Shown piece by piece: positions 52,579 to 61,676 of a stretch of 64,000 bases of DNA. Each line of letters starts with the position of its first letter. Position 1 is the first letter of the stretch. This DNA is from a virus. The notes below the pieces were generated by a model. The model did not search any database, had not been told where the DNA came from, and saw nothing but the letters and a program-made list of their open reading frames with translations. The position numbers and the translations under genes are program-made. Location of the stretch: IMG/VR virus record IMGVR_UViG_2902405164_000001, positions 1,012-65,011 of that record. The stretch is one strand, 5' to 3'.

Positions 52579-53079
52579 ATGCTCCGCTTCCTCATCGCGC
52601 TGGCGCTCGCCTTCGCCTGCACTCCTGCTATGGCTGCAAGCGATGGGACGGAGCCTGATCCAGTCCTTACGCCAGGCGCTATTCGCACGACAGACCGGGC
52701 CGAGATCGTGGGCGTGAACACCGCGACGGTCCGCAACGTCACGGGCGCGGAGAAGCTGGCCGTCTACCGCCGCTATGGGATGACGGGCCCGAGTGACACG
52801 ATCCCCGGCACAAACCACCAAGGTCCATTCGAGGTGGATCACCGCCTGCCGCTCTGTGCCGGTGGCGCGAACGACATCACCAATTTGTGGATCCAGGCGA
52901 GCGACGGCCCTTGGACCTTCCACGACAAGGACCGGCTTGAGGACCGCATCTGCGCGAAGCTCAAGCGCGGGGTGATCTCCGTCGAGCAGGCGCAGGCCGT
53001 ATTCCTCGGCGACTGGAAGGCCGGCTACGTCGCTGAGTTCGGCGGCGCTCCCGCGCATGAAGGGGAGGCCGGGCATTGA
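52579..53079 (+). CDS. Signal-peptide-bearing HNH-like protein
   Basis: MLRFLIALALAFACTPAMAA; EVDHRLPLCAGGANDITNLW. Confidence 0.8.
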   Translation: MLRFLIALALAFACTPAMAASDGTEPDPVLTPGAIRTTDRAEIVGVNTATVRNVTGAEKLAVYRRYGMTGPSDTIPGTNHQGPFEVDHRLPLCAGGANDITNLWIQASDGPWTFHDKDRLEDRICAKLKRGVISVEQAQAVFLGDWKAGYVAEFGGAPAHEGEAGH

Positions 53080-53591
53080 CGGCTCTCTTCATCCAGAAGG
53101 TCGGCGTCTACGGCCCGCGCCTGATGCACGATGTCGGCTTGCCGGGCATCGACGCCGCAGCCGTGTTCGGCAATGTCGGGCATGAGTGTGCAGGCTTCAC
53201 TGCCTATCACGAAGGCGGCCAGCCATCCCGGAAGGGCGGCGTTTCGTGGTGCCAGTGGACGAACGATCGGCGCCATCTCTTTGAGGCTTGGTGCCGCCAG
53301 CATGGCCTTGCGCTTACCTCTGACGCGGCCGGCTACAGCTTTCTCGTTCATGAGTTAACCGGCTCGGAAGCGGGCGCTGTCGCCGCCATGCGCCGGCACT
53401 CGACGCTAGAGGCCAAGGTCGCGGCTTTCGAGGCCGAGTTCGAGCGCGCCCGCGTCAAAGCGATCTCGCGGCGCGTCGTTTGGGCGAGGCTCGCCCTATC
53501 GGCGCTGCACCCCGGCCATCCCGCGACAGCCGCGCCGCCTAAGCCTGCGCGCCGCAAGCCAATCGCCGACAAGCACCGAGGGCATCACTGA
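53076..53591 (+). CDS. Phage tail-lysozyme-family muramidase
   Basis: AAAVFGNVGHECAG...CQWT..RR. Confidence 0.75.
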   Translation: MTALFIQKVGVYGPRLMHDVGLPGIDAAAVFGNVGHECAGFTAYHEGGQPSRKGGVSWCQWTNDRRHLFEAWCRQHGLALTSDAAGYSFLVHELTGSEAGAVAAMRRHSTLEAKVAAFEAEFERARVKAISRRVVWARLALSALHPGHPATAAPPKPARRKPIADKHRGHH

Positions 53592-54295
53592 TGGCGGATC
53601 TGTCCGTTCGCGAAATTCAGCAGGCTCTGATCGCCCGCGGTTACGAGCTGGGGGCGTCAGGCGCTGATGGCGACGCTGGCCCGAAGACGGTCGCCGCCCT
53701 GCGCGCCTTCCAGAAGATCGCCGGCCTCGTGCCGGATGGGATCGCCGGTCCCATGACCCAGAAAGCCCTCATCGCCAACGACATCAGCCAGCGTCGCACC
53801 GCCACTGATCAGCCCGCCTGGCTCACGCTCGCTGCGGCCGAACTCGGCACGGAAGAAGGCGCCGGCAAGAAGAACAACCCGAAGGTGGTCGCCTACTACA
53901 AGGACGCTGACTTCCCAGGCATCAAGAATGATGCGGTCGCTTGGTGTGCGGCCTTCTGCAACGCCATGCTGCATCGGGCTGGGCAGAAGACTTCGGGCAG
54001 CCTCGCCGCTCGTTCATTCGAGAGCTGGGGTGTCGGTTTAAAAACCCCCGTGCTCGGCTGTATCGCCACCAAGAAGCGCGGCACCGGATGGCAGGGGCAC
54101 TGCGGGTTCGTCGTCGGCGCCAACAAAACTGAGGTGTTCCTGCTCGGCGGAAACCAGTCTGACGAGGTGTCTATTGCCTCGTTCAAGCGCTCTGAGATCA
54201 CCGCCTATCGCTGGCCGTCTGGCGTGCCGATCCCGACACAGCCGAACCTCCCGACAACGGTTGCAGGCGCGAAGGCTGGCGTTAAGGAGTCGTGA
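53591..54295 (+). CDS. Endolysin: peptidoglycan-binding domain plus TIGR02594/CHAP-like domain
   Basis: DGDAGPKTVAALRAFQ...DGIAGP; AWCAAF, GHCGFV, LLGGNQSDEV. Confidence 0.9.
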   Translation: MADLSVREIQQALIARGYELGASGADGDAGPKTVAALRAFQKIAGLVPDGIAGPMTQKALIANDISQRRTATDQPAWLTLAAAELGTEEGAGKKNNPKVVAYYKDADFPGIKNDAVAWCAAFCNAMLHRAGQKTSGSLAARSFESWGVGLKTPVLGCIATKKRGTGWQGHCGFVVGANKTEVFLLGGNQSDEVSIASFKRSEITAYRWPSGVPIPTQPNLPTTVAGAKAGVKES

Positions 54296-54426
54296 ACATC
54301 GACCCGGACGACGACCCGGAGTTCCGCGCCGCGGTCCGCACTCTGTACCTCCACCTCATCCTTGCCTGCGTGATCTTGGCAGCGATGTGGTGCCTCGCGT
54401 TCTCGTACCTGGGGGCTATGCCGTGA
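54292..54426 (+). CDS. Small single-pass membrane protein, 44 aa (not in track)
   Basis: GTGA-coupled to endolysin; acidic N-terminus then hydrophobic helix. Confidence 0.55.
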   Translation: MNIDPDDDPEFRAAVRTLYLHLILACVILAAMWCLAFSYLGAMP

Positions 54427-54539
54427 CCGAGAAGCCGAAGCCTCCGAAGCCCGTTCTGCCGCCGATCCGCTATCCCGACCGATGGGATAAGCGGATCGGC
54501 AACAAGCTTTTCAGTTGGCTTACGCCGTGGCTGAAGTGA
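54423..54539 (+). CDS. Small basic peptide, 38 aa
   Basis: GTGA-coupled; MTEKPKPPKPVLPPIRYPDRWDKRIGNKLFSWLTPWLK. Confidence 0.45.
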   Translation: MTEKPKPPKPVLPPIRYPDRWDKRIGNKLFSWLTPWLK

Positions 54540-54841
54540 AGGTCAGTGCAGGCCGCCGGCCTTCATCCTTCCGGGTAGAAGACGCCTAGCACGCTAGGTC
54601 GCCGCATCCATGCGACCCGCACCTTCCAATCACGGAACAGCCTGCCAGCCGCCCAGAATAGGCGTGGTGTGCGCCACAACCTGAGAACAGATTAGCACTC
54701 CCGCGCGCTCAGGCAAAGCCGCCGCGCAATTAGACAAAGACCTCTTTCACTATCAGTCGCACCCGCCCCAAGCGGCTGATCTCGCGCGCTTTTTTGGCTC
54801 GCAAATAAGAAACCGGGCAATCCAACATCGCGAGAATTCTC

Positions 54842-55339
54842 ATGATCCGCTCGTTTCGCGCGGCGCTGGCGCTCGCCTGCGTTGCCCCCTTCGCCGTGCT
54901 CGGCGGCTGCAATCTGACGGCCTCTCAGGAGCAGATCCAGGCTGCCATCAACCCCGCCGCTATCGCGGTCGGCTCGCTCACTCCGGCCAATCTCCAGGCT
55001 GCCGGCATCAACTCACCTCAGGCGCAGGCGTTCGCCACGAAGGTCCAACAGGTGGCGACCACGGCTTGCTCGTTCGAACCGAGCTTTGAGGGCATCGCGG
55101 CGCTCGTGGCTGCTGCCTACCCGCCGGCTGCCCCTGCTATCTCCGTCAGCAAGATCGCTGGCCTCGCCTGCACCGCCTACAAGCAGCGCCTGACCACGGC
55201 CTACACCGCCCTTGAGGCCCCGAAGAAGGGGACGACCCCAAAGCCCCCGGCCAAGCCCGAGCCGAAGCCCGGCGATCCCGTGGATGGCGTGATCAACATC
55301 AACGGCCAGACGATCGTCGTCCCCGGCGTGAAGAAGTGA
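54842..55339 (+). CDS. Lipoprotein, possible spanin component
   Basis: Lipobox-like LGGC; Pro/Lys-rich tail. Confidence 0.7.
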   Translation: MIRSFRAALALACVAPFAVLGGCNLTASQEQIQAAINPAAIAVGSLTPANLQAAGINSPQAQAFATKVQQVATTACSFEPSFEGIAALVAAAYPPAAPAISVSKIAGLACTAYKQRLTTAYTALEAPKKGTTPKPPAKPEPKPGDPVDGVININGQTIVVPGVKK

Positions 55340-55581
55340 GCCGCGCCATGGCTCGCCGCTACGCCATCCCTGTTCCGTACACGACCTCATTCAGCGACGG
55401 CATGAAGATCGAAATGGCTCTCGGCATGCCCGAGGTCCAGACCGCGTTGAAGCGTCTGAGGCCGGCCCTTGTCGAGAAGCTGAAGCGCGTCGGCCCGATG
55501 CATCACGAAACCTTCAGCAAAGCCGAACTCGACAGCATCCCGGCGGACCTGTGGGACCGCCTTGCCTCCCATCTAGGTTGA
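55336..55581 (+). CDS. Hypothetical protein
   Basis: Coupled ORF. Confidence 0.6.
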   Translation: MSRAMARRYAIPVPYTTSFSDGMKIEMALGMPEVQTALKRLRPALVEKLKRVGPMHHETFSKAELDSIPADLWDRLASHLG

Positions 55582-55587
55582 GATAAC

Positions 55588-55917
55588 ATGGACGCACAGA
55601 CGAAATCTTCGATCCGGATCCTTCTCCTCGTTGGCCTGACGTGGCTCGGAAGCCACGGCTACGGCAACGCGAAGGATCTCGCGACCTTTACTGACCCTTC
55701 CGTGATCGAGGCGTTCCTTAGCCTGCTCGGCGTCGTCGGAACCGCGATTTGGGGCCTATGGGACCGCCGCCCGCACGGCATCATCAAGGACGCAGCCGCA
55801 CTCCCGCAGGTCGATGCCGTCGTGACGAAGCCGAAGACGGCTGGCGAGATCCCGGTGGCGAACGTGGTCGGCTCCGTCGATGAGGCCTCCCGCGTTCCCG
55901 GCATCACGCAGGGCTAA
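55588..55917 (+). CDS. Putative holin
   Basis: Two hydrophobic helices; typical SIRILL...WGLW pattern. Confidence 0.7.
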   Translation: MDAQTKSSIRILLLVGLTWLGSHGYGNAKDLATFTDPSVIEAFLSLLGVVGTAIWGLWDRRPHGIIKDAAALPQVDAVVTKPKTAGEIPVANVVGSVDEASRVPGITQG

Positions 55918-56082
55918 CCCACAGCCGCCGTCGCCCGGCCAAAGGCGATGCAGCGAGGAGCCGACTGTCAGCCTGGACAGCATTGCAGCCGGCTCCCCTA
56001 ACCACAACCAACGCGAAGGTCCGCGCTAGCCATGGCTGAACGCACCCTGTGTCAGAACACCACCGCACGGCAAGCCTGAACG

Positions 56083-56487
56083 ATGCTGATTACGGAGGCC
56101 TTCGCTCAAACGGCCGAAGCGACCAAAGCCGCCGCCCAGGCGGCCGACGTCCTCTTTCAGTACAAGGTGCTCGGCGCTTTCTGCGTGCTGCTCCTCATCG
56201 CGGTCGGCATCCTGTTCTGGCTGCTGGTCCGCTCCTGGGATCGCACCGGCAAGCTCACGGAACTGGCGACCGGCGAGGTATCCGCTCAGAAAACCGCAAC
56301 ACTGGCCCTCACGGCGACACTGGAACGCATGCAGTCCGCTCAGGCGGCTGCGGCCGAAGCCCTACGCGAGCAAGCCCACGAAACCGCGAAAGAGATCAGC
56401 GAAACGCGCCACGCGGTCGCAAACCACCATGCCGGGGTCAACGCCGTCGTCAACCTTCTCGTTCGTCATGACCGGGGAGCAGCATGA
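56083..56487 (+). CDS. Single-pass membrane protein with coiled coil (lysis accessory)
   Basis: TM helix then helical tail. Confidence 0.7.
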   Translation: MLITEAFAQTAEATKAAAQAADVLFQYKVLGAFCVLLLIAVGILFWLLVRSWDRTGKLTELATGEVSAQKTATLALTATLERMQSAQAAAAEALREQAHETAKEISETRHAVANHHAGVNAVVNLLVRHDRGAA

Positions 56488-56774
56488 TCGGGAGGCTCCT
56501 CATGTCATGGCTCTATCCGACGCGCGTCAAGACGAAGCTGGAGCAGTTCGAGGCCGCTATCGCCGAGAGTGGCGAAGCCCACGAGCAGGCCCAGAAGGTC
56601 GCCAGTGAGGTGGCCGCCTCGACCATCGAGGACCGGAAGAAGATCGAAGCCACCCGCCGTGAGATCCGCCGCCGCAGCGATCAACGGCTTGAACGACAGC
56701 GGCACCGCGCCGATCAGGAGCCGGGTCTCGCCGCTGCCATAGATGCCCTGAAGCTCTTGGAGCGTCGCCATTGA
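56484..56774 (+). CDS. Coiled-coil protein
   Basis: ATGA-coupled. Confidence 0.65.
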   Translation: MIGRLLMSWLYPTRVKTKLEQFEAAIAESGEAHEQAQKVASEVAASTIEDRKKIEATRREIRRRSDQRLERQRHRADQEPGLAAAIDALKLLERRH

Positions 56775-57343
56775 CCCTCGCAGCCCGCTTCCGCCGGAGC
56801 CTCACGCTTTGGATCGGACTGGCCTCGGCGCTCTCGTATTGGATCGTGGCGCCGTTCCTACCGACCAACCTTCAAACCGAGTGGCTTCGGGTTTTCATGA
56901 TCGTGTTCAGCGGGACCGCCATCGTGGCGTGGTTCCCGGCGTTCCGCGAGATCGTGCTTCGGCCGTCGCCCGTGTCCGCTCAGCAGAGCATCATGGGTCA
57001 GGTCATGTTCCTGACCGGGGTGTGCGGCGGCGCCATTTGGCTGCTCCTCTGGCGGATGGACGGGCAGCCGGCCTGGATGGTCAATTCAGACCTAAATGGC
57101 TTTTGGATTTATTTGGTATCCCTCGGCTGCTTCTATTCGCTGATCGCCCCCAAGGACATGGCCAAGGAGCCGCCTAGAACCCGCTGGGGCAGGGTGGCCT
57201 GGGCGTTCGTGATCAGCCTCGTCCTCGGCTTCGGGATCGTTCACATGAGACCCGACATCACCCCCGTGGTCGACTGGCTGAAGCAGCGGGTCTCTGAGGT
57301 CGCTACCAGCCCGGCGCACTCATCCCCGCTCCATAAGCCCTAG
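56771..57343 (+). CDS. Multi-pass membrane protein
   Basis: About five hydrophobic segments; coupled. Confidence 0.7.
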   Translation: MTLAARFRRSLTLWIGLASALSYWIVAPFLPTNLQTEWLRVFMIVFSGTAIVAWFPAFREIVLRPSPVSAQQSIMGQVMFLTGVCGGAIWLLLWRMDGQPAWMVNSDLNGFWIYLVSLGCFYSLIAPKDMAKEPPRTRWGRVAWAFVISLVLGFGIVHMRPDITPVVDWLKQRVSEVATSPAHSSPLHKP

Positions 57344-57393
57344 CCCCGACCCGCACCTCTCCTGGCGCTTCGTCGGGGAGATTGGAAGACATC

Positions 57394-57424
57394 AGGCCGC
57401 CCGGTTCGCCGGAGCGGCCTTTTT
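57394..57424 (+). terminator. Intrinsic terminator ending late operon
   Basis: aggccgc-ccgg-TTCG-ccgg-a-gcggcct then T run. Confidence 0.85.
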
Positions 57425-57912
57425 CATGGCCTGAAGCCGGGGAAGTGCTCTCCCGGCGCCGGCCGCCCATGCTTCAGGACGAAGCGGGCCTGTTCAGTCA
57501 GCATGGCAGCGGCTTCAGGATCAAAGGCCCCGCCGGTCCACTCCAGCAAGCCGCGCGAGGCAAGGGCGCGAACGGTTGGTCGCCGGATGCCCGTCCTGAT
57601 CAGTTTGGCTGGGTCATCGGCCGTTCCCGAACCCCGAATTGAATAGACGTCGCCCGCTCGCGCCAACTGTCTCTGGCTGCCTCCGGCCAGCAGCAGGAGC
57701 ACCCGCCTCTGTGTGTCGGAAATGCTGTGCCATGTCGAACGTGCCCCCTGCACGCCCGAGTCGATGTCCTTGATCTTCTGATCCAGTTGGTCCGCCAGTT
57801 CTGGACGGCCTTCCTCCCGAAGCATCGCCTTCACCCTCTCGGTGCGGTCGCGGCTCTCACGGTCCAGTTGCTGGATCAGCCGTTCCTCAGAGGCGAAATC
57901 TGGTCTCGGCAC
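57424..57912 (-). CDS. Hypothetical protein with wHTH-like C-terminus
   Basis: AGGAGA upstream of GTG. Confidence 0.7.
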   Translation of the reverse strand: MPRPDFASEERLIQQLDRESRDRTERVKAMLREEGRPELADQLDQKIKDIDSGVQGARSTWHSISDTQRRVLLLLAGGSQRQLARAGDVYSIRGSGTADDPAKLIRTGIRRPTVRALASRGLLEWTGGAFDPEAAAMLTEQARFVLKHGRPAPGEHFPGFRP

Positions 57913-57952
57913 CTGTGTCTCCTGTATCTAGTTCTGATACCTGAAGGTTGGT

Positions 57953-58140
57953 GGGATCGTTGTGACCTGCTCACAGGTAGCCCCGTGAAGGGGAAGGGCA
58001 AAAGGCCGGAGCCTCCCAACACACCCTCACAGCGCTACCTGAAAGCAGGGGACTGAAGGCCGGAGCCGACCGCCGCTTACTGCTAGATCGCACTGCCGCC
58101 GGGGCGCGATCCTGAGAGTTCTTGAGGCCGGCGCCTCTGG
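57953..58140. ncRNA. Candidate structured RNA or attenuator
   Basis: Nested inverted repeats and duplicated AAGGCCGGAGCC; no known family recognised. Confidence 0.35.
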
Positions 58141-58504
58141 TCCCGGGCTGTCTCTCTAAACAGGTGCCCGATGGCGTATGGACCGCCCATCCCTGGTCGC
58201 CATGTACTCCCACGCAGTCGCCTGCGCGTCCGCCGCCAGCGTCACGATACCGCCCAGCGTTGGGCTGATCGGCCAGTGCCCCGGCCACACACCCTACACG
58301 TGCAACCGGAGTCAGATTTGGGGAGGAGAAGGTCTGGAACTTCGGGGCGACTTGCGCTATTACCGGGTTCACAGACGGATGCCCTCGACAAGCTAATCCG
58401 TTTGCCGGCCCGGTTGGACTGCTAATCCGCCGGGCCACTTCAGAATGTACCGGTTCCGTTCGCGTGGTTCAACCCCTCGGTAGCCCTTGAACGACTGGAA
58501 ATAC

Positions 58505-58541
58505 AAAGCCCCGGCCAGCATAATCGCTGTGTCGGGGCTTT
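58505..58541. terminator. Bidirectional terminator-like hairpin
   Basis: aaagccccg...cggggcttt. Confidence 0.7.
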
Positions 58542-58557
58542 CCATTTCAGGCTTGAC

Positions 58558-58782
58558 TCAGTCGTTCGCGATCAATGCAGAAAGCGCATCCGTCAGCGCC
58601 CTTGCGCAGATCCTTGCAGCTTCGACCCCTTCCTCTGGCGACAGCCGCCCGGTCTGAAGCCTACGCTCCCGATCGGCGCTAATGTAGACGTAAAGCGCGG
58701 ACTTCCCGTGCGCGCCGACCACCTTGACGGCTTCCTCCAGGCGTTCGATCCGGAGCGGGAGGACGAGGCCGAGGGCGGTCAT
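58558..58782 (-). CDS. Hypothetical protein
   Basis: ATGA-coupled to upstream ORF. Confidence 0.55.
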   Translation of the reverse strand: MTALGLVLPLRIERLEEAVKVVGAHGKSALYVYISADRERRLQTGRLSPEEGVEAARICARALTDALSALIAND

Positions 58783-58967
58783 TGCAGCCGCGTCGTCGTC
58801 GGATCCATCAACCCCAGCCGGATAGCCAGGGCGAGCAGATCGCCATCCGATACCGTCTCGCCGTTCACGAGCCACATGGAGAGATCGTCGCCCCATGGTT
58901 GGACGTCATAGCCGGCCAGGACCAGGGCGTCTGCGGCTTCTTGAATAGCGTCATGGTCGTCGCTCAT
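58779..58967 (-). CDS. Small acidic protein
   Basis: AADALVLAGY.V...W.VNG..V.DGDLLALAIRLGL. Confidence 0.65.
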   Translation of the reverse strand: MSDDHDAIQEAADALVLAGYDVQPWGDDLSMWLVNGETVSDGDLLALAIRLGLMDPTTTRLQ

Positions 58968-59031
58968 GGATTGAAGGTAGCGGGGGCTGATCGCGTGGGG
59001 AAGGGAGGATACCCCTCCGCCCTATTCAGCC

Positions 59032-59256
59032 TCAGAAATCGTCGCTCGTCGCGAGATCCATACAAGCCTCGTGCTCGTCGTCGGACAACCCAACGAAGCC
59101 CGCCGGGGCCTCGACGCCGTTGACGATCACCGGCCTCCGCCGCTGATTGTGGTGAGCGTCCTTGCAGAGCCGCCGCCCCTTGATGGGCGAGCAGAACCGT
59201 TGCGCGGGATGCTTCGCCCGGAAGTCCTGCCCACAATGCGCGCACACCATCACCAC
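59032..59256 (-). CDS. Small Zn-finger-like protein
   Basis: CAHCG...FCS...C; GGAGG upstream. Confidence 0.65.
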   Translation of the reverse strand: MVMVCAHCGQDFRAKHPAQRFCSPIKGRRLCKDAHHNQRRRPVIVNGVEAPAGFVGLSDDEHEACMDLATSDDF

Positions 59257-59290
59257 CTCCCGAGTTCGAATTCTTTCCCCTCCGCGCTGT

Positions 59291-59497
59291 TCACATGCCA
59301 GCGTCGGACAGGATCACGTTGAGGCGCGGCACCTCGTTGTGAACCTTCATGCCGTCGCCGAATGGCTGCTCGACGCAAATCTGAATGCCGCAGATCTCCT
59401 GCGTCACGCCTTCCGCCCGAAGCTTCTCGCGCAGCATGTCTGCCACCTCCGCGGGCGTGAAATAGACGAGGCTGGTGGTCCCTGGGTGCCGTTGCAT
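59291..59497 (-). CDS. Hypothetical protein
   Basis: GAGGA upstream of ATG. Confidence 0.55.
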   Translation of the reverse strand: MQRHPGTTSLVYFTPAEVADMLREKLRAEGVTQEICGIQICVEQPFGDGMKVHNEVPRLNVILSDAGM

Positions 59498-59570
59498 GTT
59501 CGCTTCCTCTCGCGTTCGAAAGAGTTCCCGGCTGCCCTTACCCCTTCGCCCGTGCCGCTGACCGGAAGGG

Positions 59571-59801
59571 TCAGGCACGCGCTATCGTGTGGCCGCCAAT
59601 GATCCTGCGGGCTAGTTCGCGTTGGTCATCGTCAATCACCCCGGCCTTGTCGTTGCGGGCCATCCGGTAGCCGTGCTCGAAGGCCATGCTTGGAAAGCCC
59701 GGCGGGGTCTGATTGCGGCAGCCCCACAGGTAGCCGTCAAGCATGTCGCTCTGCTCCTGGGGCGTTGCGTTGAGCGGGTCGAAAGGCGGCTGGTTGCTCA
59801 C
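59571..59801 (-). CDS. Hypothetical protein
   Basis: GGAG upstream of GTG; coupled. Confidence 0.55.
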   Translation of the reverse strand: MSNQPPFDPLNATPQEQSDMLDGYLWGCRNQTPPGFPSMAFEHGYRMARNDKAGVIDDDQRELARRIIGGHTIARA

Positions 59802-60070
59802 GGCGTCTCCCCCTCTACAGCGGCAAGGGCTTGGCGGGCGGCGGGCATCACCCATCGCTTGACCGGGAATGGCGTCGAGCAGATCGCGTCGATCCAGACG
59901 GCGAGGCCATCGGTCTTCTCGTAGCCGGCATCTCGCGAGCCCTGGAGCAGACCGGCCGCCACAAGGTCATCCGCATACTGCCGATGGATCGGCACGCTCA
60001 GCATGTGCCACTGCTCGGGCGAGACGTGATAGTGTAGGGCGATGTGGACGTGCAGCGGAGTGACGGCCAT
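59798..60070 (-). CDS. Hypothetical protein
   Basis: GAGG upstream; coupled. Confidence 0.65.
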   Translation of the reverse strand: MAVTPLHVHIALHYHVSPEQWHMLSVPIHRQYADDLVAAGLLQGSRDAGYEKTDGLAVWIDAICSTPFPVKRWVMPAARQALAAVEGETP

Positions 60071-60073
60071 CGG

Positions 60074-60379
60074 CTAGCCCTCCTCGGTAGCAGCAGGGGA
60101 AGGATCGCCGCCGGCAGCGATCATCGTCACTTGATAGCCCTTCCTCTGGCAGAGCGCGTCCACGAGCTGCTCGGCGTCGTAGCCACGCATGACCTCGGCG
60201 ATGTCAGCCCCGCACCACTCGCGGACGAAGGTGTTGGCAAGCGCCTGCCGGGCCCGGCCCTTCTGCGCGCTGTCTACCGTGCCGTAGCCAGGGCTCTTCG
60301 GGTCGAAGTCGGCGGCCGTTGCCATCACCTCGCCATTGCCCCTCGTCAGGATCGCGACCACTCCAGATGGTGTGCTCAT
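60074..60379 (-). CDS. Hypothetical protein
   Basis: Coupled ORF. Confidence 0.65.
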   Translation of the reverse strand: MSTPSGVVAILTRGNGEVMATAADFDPKSPGYGTVDSAQKGRARQALANTFVREWCGADIAEVMRGYDAEQLVDALCQRKGYQVTMIAAGGDPSPAATEEG

Positions 60380-60684
60380 CCTTCGGCTCCCTCTCTCGTC
60401 TCTTTCAGATCAGGAGGGCTGGGATCGGAGAGGGCAGCTTCCTTGATCGCGAGACGGCCATCCTCTGTTAGAACGGGGGTGACCATTCCCAGGCCGAACC
60501 AGCATGTTTTCTCGCCCCTCACGTAGAAGCGGCCATCCTCAAACTTCACCTCCAGCACCGCGAACTCCTTGTCAGGGTTCAGAACGGTCTGAGGGTGTGA
60601 GGATCTGACCAAAGCGCCGGGCATGGGAACCCAAGCCCAGCCGTGCTTTTCAGACGACTCGCGGATAATCATCTCGGCCATCAC
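60376..60684 (-). CDS. Hypothetical protein
   Basis: Coupled ORF. Confidence 0.6.
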   Translation of the reverse strand: MMAEMIIRESSEKHGWAWVPMPGALVRSSHPQTVLNPDKEFAVLEVKFEDGRFYVRGEKTCWFGLGMVTPVLTEDGRLAIKEAALSDPSPPDLKETREGAEG

Positions 60685-61196
60685 CGGTCTCCTTGGGACG
60701 GGGCTTCGGAAAGGGCAGAACGGGCAGCCGCTCGGAACCGGCTGACGGCGGCCATCAAGTCCTCAAGCGCATCCTCCGGCGGCCCACTCACGCACGGGAA
60801 TGGCTTCAGGATCGTCCCCAGCGCCTTCTCCAGCCTCTCCATGCGGGCGAGGGCAGCGTCACGAGCGGCTTCGGTTTCCTCAAGCGCATGACCGAGCGCG
60901 GCATCCGAGTAGACCCGTTTGCAGGTGCCCCCGCGCTCCATGTCGGCGATGCAGGCGTTGTATGATCTCCGGAACTGATCCCGCTCTCGACAAGCCTCCT
61001 CTCTCCCGGCCTCGGCGGCAGAGAGACGGGAGAGGATCGCGGTGGTGAGGGCTGAGCGAACCTTGGCGACACTATCGCGGTCGACGAACGACCCAGCATA
61101 CAGCTCAGCCTCAGTCTCTAGGTCCGAAATAGCCCTCGCAATCTCATCTGGGAGTTCCATGCCGGCGGGGGATGCGGTGGAGGGGCTAGACGCCAT
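60681..61196 (-). CDS. Coiled-coil phage protein
   Basis: Coupled ORF. Confidence 0.65.
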   Translation of the reverse strand: MASSPSTASPAGMELPDEIARAISDLETEAELYAGSFVDRDSVAKVRSALTTAILSRLSAAEAGREEACRERDQFRRSYNACIADMERGGTCKRVYSDAALGHALEETEAARDAALARMERLEKALGTILKPFPCVSGPPEDALEDLMAAVSRFRAAARSALSEAPSQGDR

Positions 61197-61440
61197 AGGG
61201 CGGCTCCTTCTCCATGATCGCGTCGAGCGTCTGCCGGGCGGCGTAGGTGTGCCCGTCGCCCATCTGTAGATCGGCCTTCACGGCGGACGCGTAGACCCGC
61301 CGGAGTTCGGTAGCGGCCTCCTTCATCAGGTCACCGACATAGGTAGACGCGAAAGGATCCGACCCGGCTGGGCAGGAAGGCCATTGCTCAAGTCGTGCAA
61401 CCAAGTGCTCGCTCATACCCGCTTCCTTCCTATCGGCCAT
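61186..61440 (-). CDS. Hypothetical protein
   Basis: AGGAG upstream. Confidence 0.6.
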   Translation of the reverse strand: MADRKEAGMSEHLVARLEQWPSCPAGSDPFASTYVGDLMKEAATELRRVYASAVKADLQMGDGHTYAARQTLDAIMEKEPPYGV

Positions 61441-61466
61441 GGTGTGTCGCTCCTAGTTAAGCGGGG

Positions 61467-61649
61467 TCAGGCGGCCTTCGGCTTCCGGCCGCTCTCAAAA
61501 TTCCAGCCGCCAAACTCGTTTTGAACGATGTGGAAGTGGACGCCCTCGACCGGCTTCGCGCCGTTGCTGAAGGCGAACCACTTCATCGCCGCTCTGCGAG
61601 CCTTGGCTTCGGTCTCGTGACCGCGGATGTTGGGCTTCGGCTCGGTCAT
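61467..61649 (-). CDS. Small hypothetical protein
   Basis: AGGAGAGAAG upstream. Confidence 0.7.
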   Translation of the reverse strand: MTEPKPNIRGHETEAKARRAAMKWFAFSNGAKPVEGVHFHIVQNEFGGWNFESGRKPKAA

Positions 61650-61676
61650 CGCTTCTCTCCTATCTGTGGGGGAGGG

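Noticed and set aside
57960-58080. ZTP, c-di-GMP-I, guanidine-II riboswitch or hammerhead ribozyme
   Set aside because: Only fragments match (GCCGACCGCC, GAAA...GGGAC, CTGAxG); required conserved cores are missing
58171-58425. Plus-strand ORFs 58171-58425 and 58178-58396
   Set aside because: No clear RBS or recognisable motif; cannot choose between frames
58440-58550. attR or tRNA 3' remnant at the strong hairpin
   Set aside because: No tRNA-like end, no partner repeat in the window, and phage-type genes continue beyond it
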